Notes under the pieces: generated by a model
The model's input: only the letters and a program-made list of their open reading frames with translations
The model's database searches: none
Told to the model about the DNA's origin: nothing
In this document: in pieces, positions 19,504-29,875 of the stretch
How positions within the stretch are numbered: position 1 is the first letter of the stretch
How the letters are laid out: every line of letters starts with the position of its first letter
Translations under genes and position numbers: made by a program
Assembly: GCA_033762115.1 (NCBI GenBank)
Contig: JANRLX010000050.1
Location: 1 to 62,765 of the forward strand
From: Verrucomicrobiota bacterium
Lineage (GTDB): Bacteria; Verrucomicrobiota; Verrucomicrobiia; Limisphaerales; SXQI01
DNA: 62,765 bases
Direction: 5' to 3'

Positions 19504-20262
19504 ATGCGCCATCAGGACACCTACACCCATAATGAGGCTTATGCCCAGTTTTTGGCAAATTGGGATGCCAATTTCTATGCCAAATATGGAGATACGCTTC
19601 AGCCGGACACTGCTGGAGCGCGAGTCCTGGATGTGGGATGCGGGGTTGGCCAGGTGGTGGCGAAGCTGACGGAACGCGGGTATGAAGCCTACGGAGTGGA
19701 TGTTTCAGAACCAAGTATTGCTCAGGCTCTTCAGCATTCGAAACGCTGTTCTGTGTATGATGGGAGGCATTTACCGTTTGCTGATGGTTATTTTGCCAGT
19801 GCCGGGGCATTGAACGTTCTTGAGCATGTGGAAGAACCGGAGGCGTTTATCACAGAGCTTGTCCGGGTGGTCTCTCCCGGAGGGAAGATCGTGATTTCGA
19901 GTCCGAATTTTTTCCGGGTTTTGGGGTTTCGTGATTACCACCCCAAAATGCGAGGGCTCGGTAATAAGCTGAACAATTTTCAGCGACTCCTGTTCAAACG
20001 GAGTCAGATGAAAACCGCTCCGCAGGAGGTGCGTTTTGACCGAATGGTCCCGATTGTGAAAGAGCCGTTCACTCCTGATGATGATGCGATTGTGGCGACC
20101 AATGCGCTGGAGATTTCGTTCTTTTTGGAGCAAAACGGCTGCACTGTTATAAGTGCTTTGTGTACAGATCGTTATGTGTCAAAGCCGCTTGATTTTCTGC
20201 TGAACCTTACCCCGGTCCGGTACGGATTATTCTGTGCGTTTGTGGTCGCCAGGAAAAAGTGA
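19504..20262 (+). CDS. Class I SAM-dependent methyltransferase
   Basis: VLDVGCGVG, GVDVS, LPF.D, VLEHV, PGG motifs. Confidence 0.88.
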   Translation: MRHQDTYTHNEAYAQFLANWDANFYAKYGDTLQPDTAGARVLDVGCGVGQVVAKLTERGYEAYGVDVSEPSIAQALQHSKRCSVYDGRHLPFADGYFASAGALNVLEHVEEPEAFITELVRVVSPGGKIVISSPNFFRVLGFRDYHPKMRGLGNKLNNFQRLLFKRSQMKTAPQEVRFDRMVPIVKEPFTPDDDAIVATNALEISFFLEQNGCTVISALCTDRYVSKPLDFLLNLTPVRYGLFCAFVVARKK

Positions 20263-21807
20263 TTATTTCTTTTTGGATGTGATCATCGGAAAATCGTCCG
20301 TTCTAAAAGGGGATGCTGGCAAGCCTTCCTTGTTTTTGAGGTTTGTCACCGGATAATCAGCCCAGCCATATCGCACTGCGATGGGCTTCTCGATTTTGGG
20401 ACTGCTGACGATAACCTTGTTTCCTTCAATGCGGGCTTCAGCTGGGACAAATTTCTTGTCTTCACCGGCGATGGTAAAGCCGGTTAACCGGGATCCTTCA
20501 GCAACCAGGCCTCCTCCCACTTGATCGAAATGGATAATGGCAGTTGAATCTTCAATCTTCATTTTTTTAAAAAGTGGTCCGCTGCTCACGACCTTTTGCC
20601 CGTAAGCGATTTTTCGGGCGGCCAGTGCCAGTCGTGATCCAACAGGTTCTTTTTTGGCAGGATGAATGTCATCCTTGTCACCGACATCCGTGATCACGGC
20701 CATGCCGGTATTTGGCAGCGCTGATAATGTAAGTGTTTGTGCCTCACGTAGTTCCGCCCAATCACTATCACCGATTTCCCCGACTATCTGTTCCATGGAC
20801 CGTTTCCTATTTTTGTCCCAGGGAGCGAGTTGGACGAAAAGGAATGGAAAATCACCCTGCCCCCAATCCTGTCTCCAGTTTCGGATCATGTCAGGAAACA
20901 ATCTTCTGTACTGGTCGGCTCGACCGGCGTTGGACTCGCCCTGATACCAAATCGCGCCAGCGATGGCGTAAGGGATCAACGGTTTGATCATCCCAAGGTA
21001 GAGTTCCGAAGGAACCCAGTTGGCCCAAGGCCTGCCGCGGGTCATTTGCTTGCCTTCCTTTTCCAGCGCGGCTTTCTCAGCTTCCCATTGCTTGACTGTT
21101 TTGATGTAATTTTGCTGCTGCTCAGGAACCGCCGCCAAAATATCAGTTCGATATTCTTCATTGTTTTGGAGGAATTCCGGGCTCATCCAGACTTCAGCGG
21201 GTGATCCGCCCCAGGAGGTATGGATCAGACCGACAGGGACGTTCAATGCCTGCTGAAGATCGCGACCGAAATAATAACCAACCGCGGAGAACTGCTTTAT
21301 GGTTTCCGGGGAACATTCCACCCATTTCGAAGAAACCTCATAGACTGGTTCGGTTGCTTTCAGCTTGGGCACAGTGAACAACCGGATCAGGTTATTGGTT
21401 GCTGATTTGATTGCATTTTCCGGCTGATAGGAACTGGTCATTCCCCATTCCATATTGGATTGACCGCTGCAGACCCACACTTCGCCCACCAGCACATCTT
21501 TTACTTCCAACCTGTTTTTGCCCTGAACCATGAGTGTTGCTGGCTTATTGGATGCCTTTTGTTTGGGAAGCAGCACTTTCCATTTGCCATCTTTAGCCTG
21601 GGTGGAAACCTTTTTTCCATTGAACGACACGACGACCTGCTCCCCTTCGTCAGCCCAGCCCCAAACCGGCACCGGTTTCCCCTGTTGCAGCACCATGTGA
21701 TCAGTAAAAAGCTGGTGGAGCCGAACATCGGCATAGAGCGGGAATGTGACACTGAGAATAAGAGCACAGAGAAGCCGAGAAATGGATGCTGCTATGGGTT
21801 TGGGCAT
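20263..21807 (-). CDS. Sialate O-acetylesterase family protein
   Basis: Signal peptide, GEVWVCSGQSNM, WYQGESN, DIHP..K, PASPFRTD. Confidence 0.92.
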   Translation of the reverse strand: MPKPIAASISRLLCALILSVTFPLYADVRLHQLFTDHMVLQQGKPVPVWGWADEGEQVVVSFNGKKVSTQAKDGKWKVLLPKQKASNKPATLMVQGKNRLEVKDVLVGEVWVCSGQSNMEWGMTSSYQPENAIKSATNNLIRLFTVPKLKATEPVYEVSSKWVECSPETIKQFSAVGYYFGRDLQQALNVPVGLIHTSWGGSPAEVWMSPEFLQNNEEYRTDILAAVPEQQQNYIKTVKQWEAEKAALEKEGKQMTRGRPWANWVPSELYLGMIKPLIPYAIAGAIWYQGESNAGRADQYRRLFPDMIRNWRQDWGQGDFPFLFVQLAPWDKNRKRSMEQIVGEIGDSDWAELREAQTLTLSALPNTGMAVITDVGDKDDIHPAKKEPVGSRLALAARKIAYGQKVVSSGPLFKKMKIEDSTAIIHFDQVGGGLVAEGSRLTGFTIAGEDKKFVPAEARIEGNKVIVSSPKIEKPIAVRYGWADYPVTNLKNKEGLPASPFRTDDFPMITSKKK

Positions 21808-21899
21808 GCATTGATCCCACCGAAAAGTTCAATCCGCGTCAAGCCTGAGACAGCCTTACTGGTTTTCCTGGAGTTTGGTACAACTTACCCTGATTCGTG

Positions 21900-22090
21900 A
21901 TTACTACTGGTGAATGAGGTGTGAACAAAATGAGCAAATGGGTTTTCTTTTGTTTTCCCGTTTTAATCTCACCAGGTTACCGACGGATTGAATCTACAGG
22001 AATTGTTCATTGACAGGATGTTCCGTAGTTATTGGGATTGTTCTCACCCCATAATAAGATTGGTACTTTAAATATAAGAAGAACATCATT
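21900..22090. other. Candidate oriC-like region upstream of dnaN
   Basis: Degenerate DnaA-box-like 9-mers followed by an AT-rich tract; near mnmG, parS and dnaN. Confidence 0.3.
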
Positions 22091-22103
22091 AAGCTCCGAA
22101 AGA

Positions 22104-23228
22104 ATGAAACTGACCATCAGCCGGGATCAATTGATGAACGGGTTGCAGGCTGTGCAAAATGTCGTCAGCACGCGGACGACCCTGCCGATATTATCGAACG
22201 TTTTGCTGCGTGCAGAAGGTGAGCGGCTGGCATTAACCGCAACGGATCTTGATATCACAGTTTCCAGCAGCGTGACGGCCAGGGTGGTGCGTCCGGGAGC
22301 CACGACCCTTCCAGCAAAGCGGCTTTTCGGGATCGTTCGTGAGTTAAGCGCCGCTGAAATTGAACTGGATGTGGATGAGAAGAACCATTGCAGCATTCAG
22401 TCAGGCCCTTCTTTCTACAAAATTAACGGGTTGGCGGCTGAAGAATTTCCTCCTATCCCTACGTTTACAGAGAACAAGAAAATTATCATTGCGCAGGAGA
22501 AGCTCAGGGCATTGCTGAAGCGCACTTCATTTGCGATTTCCACAGACGAGACGCGCTTCGTCCTGAATGGAATTTTCATGAGCTTGAATGAGCATCGGAT
22601 CACCATGGTGGCCACGGATGGGCGGCGGCTGGCGCTTTCCTATGAGGAAATGGACATTCCTGCGAACAGCCAGGCGGAATGCATTGTTCCTTCAAAGGCA
22701 ATCAATGAATTATCACGATTGCTGCAGGGCCAGGGAGATGTGGAAATTCGCCTTTCGACAAACCAGATTGCGTTCACGCTGACCCATTTGAATGCCAATA
22801 ACGAACCGGTCCCCGGCGCGGTCATTATTTCGAAGCTGATCGAGGGGAACTATCCGAATTATAAACAGGTGATCCCGGCTGAAACCAAGGAGCGGATCAG
22901 CCTGTTGCGGGAAGAGTTGCACGCGGCGTTGCGTCGAGCGGAGATCATGACGAGCGAGAAATCCAACTCGGTGAAGCTGACATTCACAAAAAATAACCTG
23001 GCGATCACTGCGAATACTCCGGAAATCGGTGAAGGACGTGAGAGCATTGCAGTGAATTACAAAGGGAAGGATATCGCCATTGCTTTCAATCCAACCTACC
23101 TGATGGATCCGTTGAAAGCCCTGACGGAGGAGGAAGTCTATCTGGAATTGATTGATGACCTGAGCCCCGGTCTTTTGAAGGTCAATGGACCGTTCCTTTA
23201 TGTGCTGATGCCGATGCGGATGAGTTGA
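22104..23228 (+). CDS. dnaN: DNA polymerase III beta sliding clamp
   Basis: TLPILSNVLL, ATDLD, ETRFVLNG, VATDGRRLA, IEGNYPNY, VLMPMR. Confidence 0.97.
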   Translation: MKLTISRDQLMNGLQAVQNVVSTRTTLPILSNVLLRAEGERLALTATDLDITVSSSVTARVVRPGATTLPAKRLFGIVRELSAAEIELDVDEKNHCSIQSGPSFYKINGLAAEEFPPIPTFTENKKIIIAQEKLRALLKRTSFAISTDETRFVLNGIFMSLNEHRITMVATDGRRLALSYEEMDIPANSQAECIVPSKAINELSRLLQGQGDVEIRLSTNQIAFTLTHLNANNEPVPGAVIISKLIEGNYPNYKQVIPAETKERISLLREELHAALRRAEIMTSEKSNSVKLTFTKNNLAITANTPEIGEGRESIAVNYKGKDIAIAFNPTYLMDPLKALTEEEVYLELIDDLSPGLLKVNGPFLYVLMPMRMS

Positions 23229-23277
23229 CGAACAATCTTTTTCTGGCATCAGACCGGCAGTCGAATAGGGTAAAGGG

Positions 23278-26200
23278 ATGAACACTCTTCCTGCCCACAA
23301 AGCATTGCGGATGCTTTGTCTGCTCCTGGGAGTTCTGCTGATTTCCTGTGGTAAAAAAAAGGAAGAGGTAGCTCCAGCAAAGGAAAAGCCGCAGGAAGCT
23401 TTTTTAAGGTTGATGAATTCAGGGAAAAATTACCTGGATTCCGGCGATGCCCAGAAAGCTCTCAGCACTTACCAGGAAGCCCTCAGGATCGACCCGGTCA
23501 ATCTTGACCTTCAGTTAAATCTTGCGAACACCTGGCTCGCCCTGAACAACAGCAGCAACGCGGCGCGGCATGCTTCTGAGGCCATCGCACTGGACCATAA
23601 TTCCGCCGCTGCGCATTATTTACTTGGACTGGCCCATCTTAGGGAAAGCAGGCCGCAGGAAGCGGTCAAATCATTACAAATCTCGAGGGACCTGGATCCG
23701 ACCGTTCCAGCTGTCAGCTTTCAACTGGGTATCGCGCAACTGCAATTGAAACTTTGGGAAGAAGCGATTGACCAGTTTCTCGTCACAACAGAACTGGAAA
23801 CGAATCATCCGGCTGCGTTTTATAATTTAAGCCAGGCTTACATGCGAACCGGTCTTGCAGATGAAGCGGCCGCTGCCTTGCAGCAACATCAACAGATCGC
23901 AGCCGCCCTGAGAGGACCGCCCCCCACGGGACCGATGCTTGAAAAATCGCGCCACACGCAGCCGCGCGTGCCGTTTCAGCTGGAGCAACCTTCGCTGCAG
24001 GGAGTCAGTGTCGTGTTCAGTGACGCGACCGCTGAGTTTTTCCCCAACGGCAGCGCCACAAATTATTTCGGCCCGTTCGGAATTATAGATATTGATTATC
24101 GGGGAGCGAATGACCTTTTCGTCCTTGAGCGCTCCGGCAATTTCAGGCTGCTGTTACATACAAATAAAATGTTTCAACCGGTGGGGGAGAGCATGCCAGC
24201 CCTTACTGGAACGAACTATTCACGGATGCTGGTGGCGGATTTGCAGAATGATCGCATCGAAGATGTGATTGTCCTGGGAGAAAACGGTTCGCAACTTTTT
24301 AAATTCGCAACGAATGGCGTGTTTACGGATGCCAGCCAGATTTCCCAGTTCAACACAATCAAAGCCAGGGATGGAGCTTTGGCTGACCTGGATTTTACGG
24401 GAAAATTGGATTTGATCCTGGTTGGCGCGGAAACCAATCAACTGAAATTGTTCAGAAATTACGGTAATCTTTTCTTTGCGGAGATTACTTCCACCTCAGG
24501 AATCCCGGCAGAGGTAACCAGCGTTCAGTCAATCATGCTCGAGGATTGGAACAACGATGATCTGCTGGATATCATCGCTCTAAGAAAAGGAGAACCTCCG
24601 CTGCTGCTGGAAAAGGAACGTGGAGGTCCATTGGTTCCCACGAACCGCTTTGCCCTTCAGGCGACGGCGACGACAAGCGGAGATTTCAATAACGATTTGC
24701 GCCCGGACCTGCTGTTTCATGAGGGGGGCACGACAACAATTATTTTTGGCGGGATCACAAATACGTTCAACATCGGAACCGGAATGATTCGTGCGATTCA
24801 TTCGTGGGACTATGACAATGATGGGTGGCTGGATTTGCTTACGGTGGGAGACCAGTTTCGGTTATGGAGAAATCAGGGGCAGGCTGGATTTAAAGAGGTC
24901 ACTGCTGAAGCGGGGCTTGGGAAAATAGCGCCCGAAACGATTGTTTCTCTGGCAATGGCTGATCTGGATCATGATGCAGATTCCGATCTTCTGTTAATGA
25001 CTGAAGCGAGTGGATTCCGGGTTTTAAAAAATGATGGGTCGAACAAAAACCACCAGCTTAAAGTGCGATTGGTGGGAAATCGTTCCAACTCCAGCGGCCT
25101 GGGAGTGAAGCTTGAACTCACAGCGGGTGCGTGGCGAACAGTTCGTACGATCAAAGAACGGCCCATCGAGATCGGCACCGGCAAATATGGCACCCTGGAA
25201 TCAGTGACTGTCAGGTGGTTCGACCTGGCAGTGCCAAACGTTGATGTCAAACTGGAGCCCACAAATATTGTTTTTGTGGAACTGATCCTGCCAACGGGTT
25301 CCTGCCCGTACCTTTACGCGTGGGACGGGAAGGGGTTTCGATTTGTGACCGACCTGCTGGGCGCTGCGCCACTTGGACTGCCGGTAAAGGAGGGACGTTA
25401 CATCGAAGCGGATAGTGATGAGTATGTATGGGTGGGTAACGAAAGCACCTTTCCAGCGCGCAACGGGCATCTGGAAATCCAGATCACGGAGGAGCTTCGG
25501 GAAATTTTATACCTGGATACAGTGTCGATGATTGTTGTGGACCATCCGCCCGGCACTGAAGTTTATCCCACCAGCAAATTGCTTCCGGGCAGACCTTTTC
25601 CACCGCCCTCGCTGGTGACCCTCCACAAACAGCAACCCTTGCTTGCGGCCAGCGATCTTGAAGGAAGAGATGTGACAGCCGCGCTGCTTGAGGTGGATGA
25701 AAAACGCGCTTCGCCAGCGAAATTAAAGGAACCGCAATTGCGCGGCTGGGCTGAACCACATGGAGTGATTCTTGATTTTGGCCCGTTGGATTCGGAGAAA
25801 CCCCTGGTCCTGGCTTTGACAGGATGGCTCCGATTTGGAGGTGGCATGGCAAACATCTCCGCCTCGCATCGAAAAGAACTCGGGTTTCCTTTCCCTGTGC
25901 TCGAAGGTGAAATGGAAAACGGCTGGGAAAAAATTGATGTGACGGTTGGCGCACCAGCGGGAAAAACAAAGCGGTTGATCTGCGATTTAACTGGCAAACT
26001 CAAGCCGGGCATGAAACGCCTGCGCCTGACTGCGCAGTTCGAGATTCATTGGGACCAGATTGCATTGATGGAAAAATTCAGTGGTGAAAAACCTCGCGAG
26101 ATTACGCTGTTGCCCGGCAGGAGTGATCTCCATTGGCGCGGGTTCAGTTTTTTTGAAAACCGTCCATGGAGTGATCCGCTCACGCCGGATTATGGCCAGG

Positions 26201-26601
26201 TTTTTGGAGAAGCTCCGTGGCGAATCCATCCGACAGGATGGGTCACGCGCTATGGAGAAGTTCAGGAACTCATCCTGCAACGTGACAATGCTCTGGCGCT
26301 GATTAGCGGTGGCGATGAATTATCGATCAGCTTTGATATTTCAAAACTTCCCATGAAGCAGGAAGGTTGGACACGGGATTATTTTCTTTATTGTGTTGGT
26401 TGGGACAAGGATGCCGACTTCCATGTGGCGGAAGGGCGCACCGTGGAACCGATGCCATTCCATGGAATGGATTATCAACGTTACGGCAAAGAACCGTATC
26501 CTGCAGACTCTGACACGTTGTGGAAGAGCCGGTATAACACCCGTTGGGTGGGGCCACGCCCTCTTGAGAGATCGGCTCGGCAATCAAGCCCGGCGAACTA
26601 A
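23278..26601 (+). CDS. TPR + FG-GAP/VCBS + ASPIC/UnbV (CRTAC1-like) lipoprotein
   Basis: Lipobox-like LISC, TPR helices, DxDxDGxxD repeats, SCPYLYAWDG, GWDKDAD. Confidence 0.85.
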   Translation: MNTLPAHKALRMLCLLLGVLLISCGKKKEEVAPAKEKPQEAFLRLMNSGKNYLDSGDAQKALSTYQEALRIDPVNLDLQLNLANTWLALNNSSNAARHASEAIALDHNSAAAHYLLGLAHLRESRPQEAVKSLQISRDLDPTVPAVSFQLGIAQLQLKLWEEAIDQFLVTTELETNHPAAFYNLSQAYMRTGLADEAAAALQQHQQIAAALRGPPPTGPMLEKSRHTQPRVPFQLEQPSLQGVSVVFSDATAEFFPNGSATNYFGPFGIIDIDYRGANDLFVLERSGNFRLLLHTNKMFQPVGESMPALTGTNYSRMLVADLQNDRIEDVIVLGENGSQLFKFATNGVFTDASQISQFNTIKARDGALADLDFTGKLDLILVGAETNQLKLFRNYGNLFFAEITSTSGIPAEVTSVQSIMLEDWNNDDLLDIIALRKGEPPLLLEKERGGPLVPTNRFALQATATTSGDFNNDLRPDLLFHEGGTTTIIFGGITNTFNIGTGMIRAIHSWDYDNDGWLDLLTVGDQFRLWRNQGQAGFKEVTAEAGLGKIAPETIVSLAMADLDHDADSDLLLMTEASGFRVLKNDGSNKNHQLKVRLVGNRSNSSGLGVKLELTAGAWRTVRTIKERPIEIGTGKYGTLESVTVRWFDLAVPNVDVKLEPTNIVFVELILPTGSCPYLYAWDGKGFRFVTDLLGAAPLGLPVKEGRYIEADSDEYVWVGNESTFPARNGHLEIQITEELREILYLDTVSMIVVDHPPGTEVYPTSKLLPGRPFPPPSLVTLHKQQPLLAASDLEGRDVTAALLEVDEKRASPAKLKEPQLRGWAEPHGVILDFGPLDSEKPLVLALTGWLRFGGGMANISASHRKELGFPFPVLEGEMENGWEKIDVTVGAPAGKTKRLICDLTGKLKPGMKRLRLTAQFEIHWDQIALMEKFSGEKPREITLLPGRSDLHWRGFSFFENRPWSDPLTPDYGQVFGEAPWRIHPTGWVTRYGEVQELILQRDNALALISGGDELSISFDISKLPMKQEGWTRDYFLYCVGWDKDADFHVAEGRTVEPMPFHGMDYQRYGKEPYPADSDTLWKSRYNTRWVGPRPLERSARQSSPAN

Positions 26602-27873
26602 CAGTGCTGCGAAGGCTCCATCGACCTGACCAGTTGGCGGCAAAAGCTGACGTTGCGAGGTCAGCTCGAAGTTTTTTGAGTTTTCCAGGAACTGATGAAC
26701 CAGGTTGATATTCTCCTCCGGTTCCAGACTGCAAGTGCTGTAAACCAAACTGCCTCCCGGTTTTATTAACCGGGCAGCGTCCGCCAATAGTTTCTGTTGA
26801 GTGTGTTGCAAGCGCTCAATTTCCTCCGGGGTGATTCGCCATCGTAAATCGACGCGCCTTCGCATTACGCCGGTATTTGAGCAGGGGGCATCGACCAAAA
26901 CGCGATCAAATTGTGCAAGGGGTTGAGGTGGTTGATGAACTGCCTCCACGCAGGTGACAAGCATCCGCTGGCAATTTTCCTTGAGCAGGTTGAGCCTTTG
27001 GAGATCCGGGTCATAGGCAATGATTCGGCCCTGATTTTTCATCAAGGCAGCCAGGCAGGTTGTTTTTCCACCCGGCGCAGCGCACATGTCCAAAATGGTT
27101 TCTCCCGGGAGTGGCGCCAACAAGGTTGGAGCGAGCAGAGTGCTTGGGTCCTGAATGTAAAATTTCCCGGAGCGGAAGGAGTCAAGTGAACCAATGGACT
27201 TTGGAGCAGAGAGTTGGAACAGGGGCGATTCGTTGAACCATGACTGATGGAACGGCTCGGCTGAAACACCTTCTGTTTCCCATAACCGGAGCAAATCGCC
27301 GGCTGGCCCTGCCAGGGAGTTTACGCGCGCATAAACCGGGGCCGGTTGATTGTTCCATTCCATCAGCTGGGCCGTTGCCTCGTTGCCCCATTGCGTGGAC
27401 CATTTCCGGTAAAGCCAGTTGGGATGGGAAAATCCCAGAGGAGGGTCTTTCTGTCGCAACTCGGAAAGCAACGCGCGGGTGGCGATCTCCTCCCTGCCGT
27501 ATTGCCTGAGGAGAGCATTGATAAATCCAGATTGGGGTCCGAAACCCAGTTGCCGTGCGAGTTCCACAGTGTCATTCACCGAGGCATGGTTGGGAATGCG
27601 ATCCAGCCAGAACATCTGGTAAAGCCCAAGATGAAGCAAAACACGAAGAGTGTCTTTTTGTGTTCGGCCATTGGTTTTGCGAGCGATCAGCCAGTCCAGC
27701 AGCGACTGCATTCGTGTAACACCGTAGACCAGTTCGGTGATGAGTCCTCGATCTCGTGGATTGACGGAGATCCTGGAAAGCTCGGAATCCAATAATGTTT
27801 CAATGAATTGGCCTGACCGATTTCGTTTGAGGAGTAACTGGACGGCAATTTCTCTTGGTGTTTGTGATCTCAC
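26584..27873 (-). CDS. rsmB: 16S rRNA m5C967 methyltransferase RsmB
   Basis: NusB-like N-terminus, FYIQD, DMCAAPGGKT, DAPCSNTG, YSTCSLEPEEN. Confidence 0.93.
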   Translation of the reverse strand: MRSQTPREIAVQLLLKRNRSGQFIETLLDSELSRISVNPRDRGLITELVYGVTRMQSLLDWLIARKTNGRTQKDTLRVLLHLGLYQMFWLDRIPNHASVNDTVELARQLGFGPQSGFINALLRQYGREEIATRALLSELRQKDPPLGFSHPNWLYRKWSTQWGNEATAQLMEWNNQPAPVYARVNSLAGPAGDLLRLWETEGVSAEPFHQSWFNESPLFQLSAPKSIGSLDSFRSGKFYIQDPSTLLAPTLLAPLPGETILDMCAAPGGKTTCLAALMKNQGRIIAYDPDLQRLNLLKENCQRMLVTCVEAVHQPPQPLAQFDRVLVDAPCSNTGVMRRRVDLRWRITPEEIERLQHTQQKLLADAARLIKPGGSLVYSTCSLEPEENINLVHQFLENSKNFELTSQRQLLPPTGQVDGAFAALLVRRA

Positions 27874-28018
27874 TCTCTTAGACTAGGCTCAAGTAAATTC
27901 CAGAGGTTGGCTGCTCATTGCAAGCGATGAGTTTTTTGCCAGCAGGTGCCGCGCCTGAATTTTTCTTTGGCATTGTGCCAAAGTGACATTTTAATGAAGC
28001 GCAGGCGAGTATAGCTTT

Positions 28019-29875
28019 ATGAAAGAAGAGTTCGAAAAGCTGGTTGGAGCAGGAAAGATCAGTCGGCAGCAAGTCGACCCCTTGGTGCAGTTGGCTGAGG
28101 CTGGTTTTTGCATGCACCGAAGCTGGGGCTTCGGCAAGATCACAGCGGTTGATACTGTATTCGCGCGCTTAAATGTCGATTTTCAAGCAAAACCGGGACA
28201 CACAATGGACCTCAGTTTTGCTGCGGATTCCCTCAAGCCGATTTCCGCCAGCCACATTCTGGCCCGTAAAATCAGTGACATGCACGGACTCCGCCAAACC
28301 GCTGCGCTGCATCACCTGGAACTCATCAAGCTGGTGCTGGAAAGCTACGGTGGAAAAGCAACGCTCGAGCAAATTCAACAGGTGCTTGTCCCGGATGTAA
28401 TTACGGAAGATTGGAAAAAGTGGTGGGAGGCGGCGAAGAAGGAATTGAAAAAGGATGGGCACTTCCAAATGCCCCTGAAAAAAACCGATCCGATTGTTTA
28501 CCAGGCACAGGAAACCTCCCTGCAACAGCGGTTGATCTCTGAATTACGCGCCGCGAAAGGGTTGAAAGCGAAAATTTCCGCTGCCAATGAAATTTTGCGG
28601 AACCTCTCCGACCTGTCTGAAAAAGCCAGCGCCGCCCAGGAAGCTATCGCTGCGTTGAACGTCGATATCAATTCGCATCAACGAACGCAGCCAGCCCTTG
28701 CGCTGGAAGCCATTTTTCTCAGGGATGAGTTACGCTCCTCAGCAGGTCTCCAGGCAACCCCGGGCGAGTTGGATGATAAATCGATCTGGGCCCAGATTGT
28801 GCGTCCCACCCCGGTGCTGGAGATTTTTCCGGCAGCGAAGCATAAGCGCGCATTGGAATCCTACAAGGAGGCCCATCCTGACAAGTGGGTTGAAGTGCTT
28901 CTTGGAATCCTGAACACAAGCTCTTCCAAGCTGGCAGGTGAAAGCGCTGGGATTTTGATCCAGAATGAGAAGCTGGCCGAGTTGAAAGAGCATCTGGCTC
29001 GCTTGATCAGCCAGCATCAGGCCAGCAGTGAGTTGCTCCTTTGGCTGGCCAAGGAACGCTCAGATACCTTTGCGGACATTCTTGGACCTGAAGTCTTCCG
29101 GGCCATGCTGACCGCAATGGAACGGGATCAATTTAATGAGAAACGATCAAACAAACTGAGGGATTACATTCTCGCGGATCAACCGTTGCTCATCGAGTTA
29201 ATTGGCTCAGCTGACCTGGAAGTCATCAAGGACCTCACCCGAGCGTTGCAGTTGTCTCCTTGTTTCGATGACATGGACAAGCGTTCATTGCTGGCCCGGA
29301 TCGTAAAGAGTTATCCTGCTGTTCAATCCTTGATTTCCGGAGACCAGAAGAAAGAGGACAGCACCCTCCTGGTTTCATGGGAAAGCCTTGAGAGGCGTAA
29401 AAACGAGTACAACGATCTCGTTCAGAAGAAGATTCCGGCGAATTCCAAGGAAATCGCAATCGCGCGCAGTTATGGAGATCTGCGGGAGAATCATGAGTAC
29501 AAGGCGGCGAAGGAGATGCAGAAAATTCTCATGCGCCGAAAAGGAGAGCTGGAAGCACAACTGGTGCGCGCGCGTGGATTCGATTTCGCGAATGCCAAAA
29601 CGGATACTGTGAATGTAGGCACACGGGTGCAGGTGACCGATCTTTCCAATAATCACAGGGAAGCCTACTCTGTTCTTGGCGCCTGGGATTCTGACCCGGA
29701 AAAGGGCATCATCAGTTATTTGACTCCGGTGGCGCAATGCTTTCTGAACCGCAAAGTCGGTGATGAAGTGGAACTTGAGATGGATGGTTCCAAAAAGCGT
29801 TATCGAATCGAATCGATTGAAAGCGTGGGGCCGATCCTGGGGCAGCCGCAATCGACCGAAAGCGCTCAGGAATGA
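28019..29875 (+). CDS. greA: Long-form GreA/GreB transcript cleavage factor
   Basis: C-terminal ARSYGDLRENHEYKAAKE and IISYLTP; about 450-aa N-terminal extension. Confidence 0.88.
   Translation: MKEEFEKLVGAGKISRQQVDPLVQLAEAGFCMHRSWGFGKITAVDTVFARLNVDFQAKPGHTMDLSFAADSLKPISASHILARKISDMHGLRQTAALHHLELIKLVLESYGGKATLEQIQQVLVPDVITEDWKKWWEAAKKELKKDGHFQMPLKKTDPIVYQAQETSLQQRLISELRAAKGLKAKISAANEILRNLSDLSEKASAAQEAIAALNVDINSHQRTQPALALEAIFLRDELRSSAGLQATPGELDDKSIWAQIVRPTPVLEIFPAAKHKRALESYKEAHPDKWVEVLLGILNTSSSKLAGESAGILIQNEKLAELKEHLARLISQHQASSELLLWLAKERSDTFADILGPEVFRAMLTAMERDQFNEKRSNKLRDYILADQPLLIELIGSADLEVIKDLTRALQLSPCFDDMDKRSLLARIVKSYPAVQSLISGDQKKEDSTLLVSWESLERRKNEYNDLVQKKIPANSKEIAIARSYGDLRENHEYKAAKEMQKILMRRKGELEAQLVRARGFDFANAKTDTVNVGTRVQVTDLSNNHREAYSVLGAWDSDPEKGIISYLTPVAQCFLNRKVGDEVELEMDGSKKRYRIESIESVGPILGQPQSTESAQE

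Noticed and set aside
19121..20262. dUTPase plus methyltransferase as a phage or defence module
   Set aside because: The methyltransferase lacks DNA-MTase motifs (DPPY/NPPY/PC) and the context is housekeeping.
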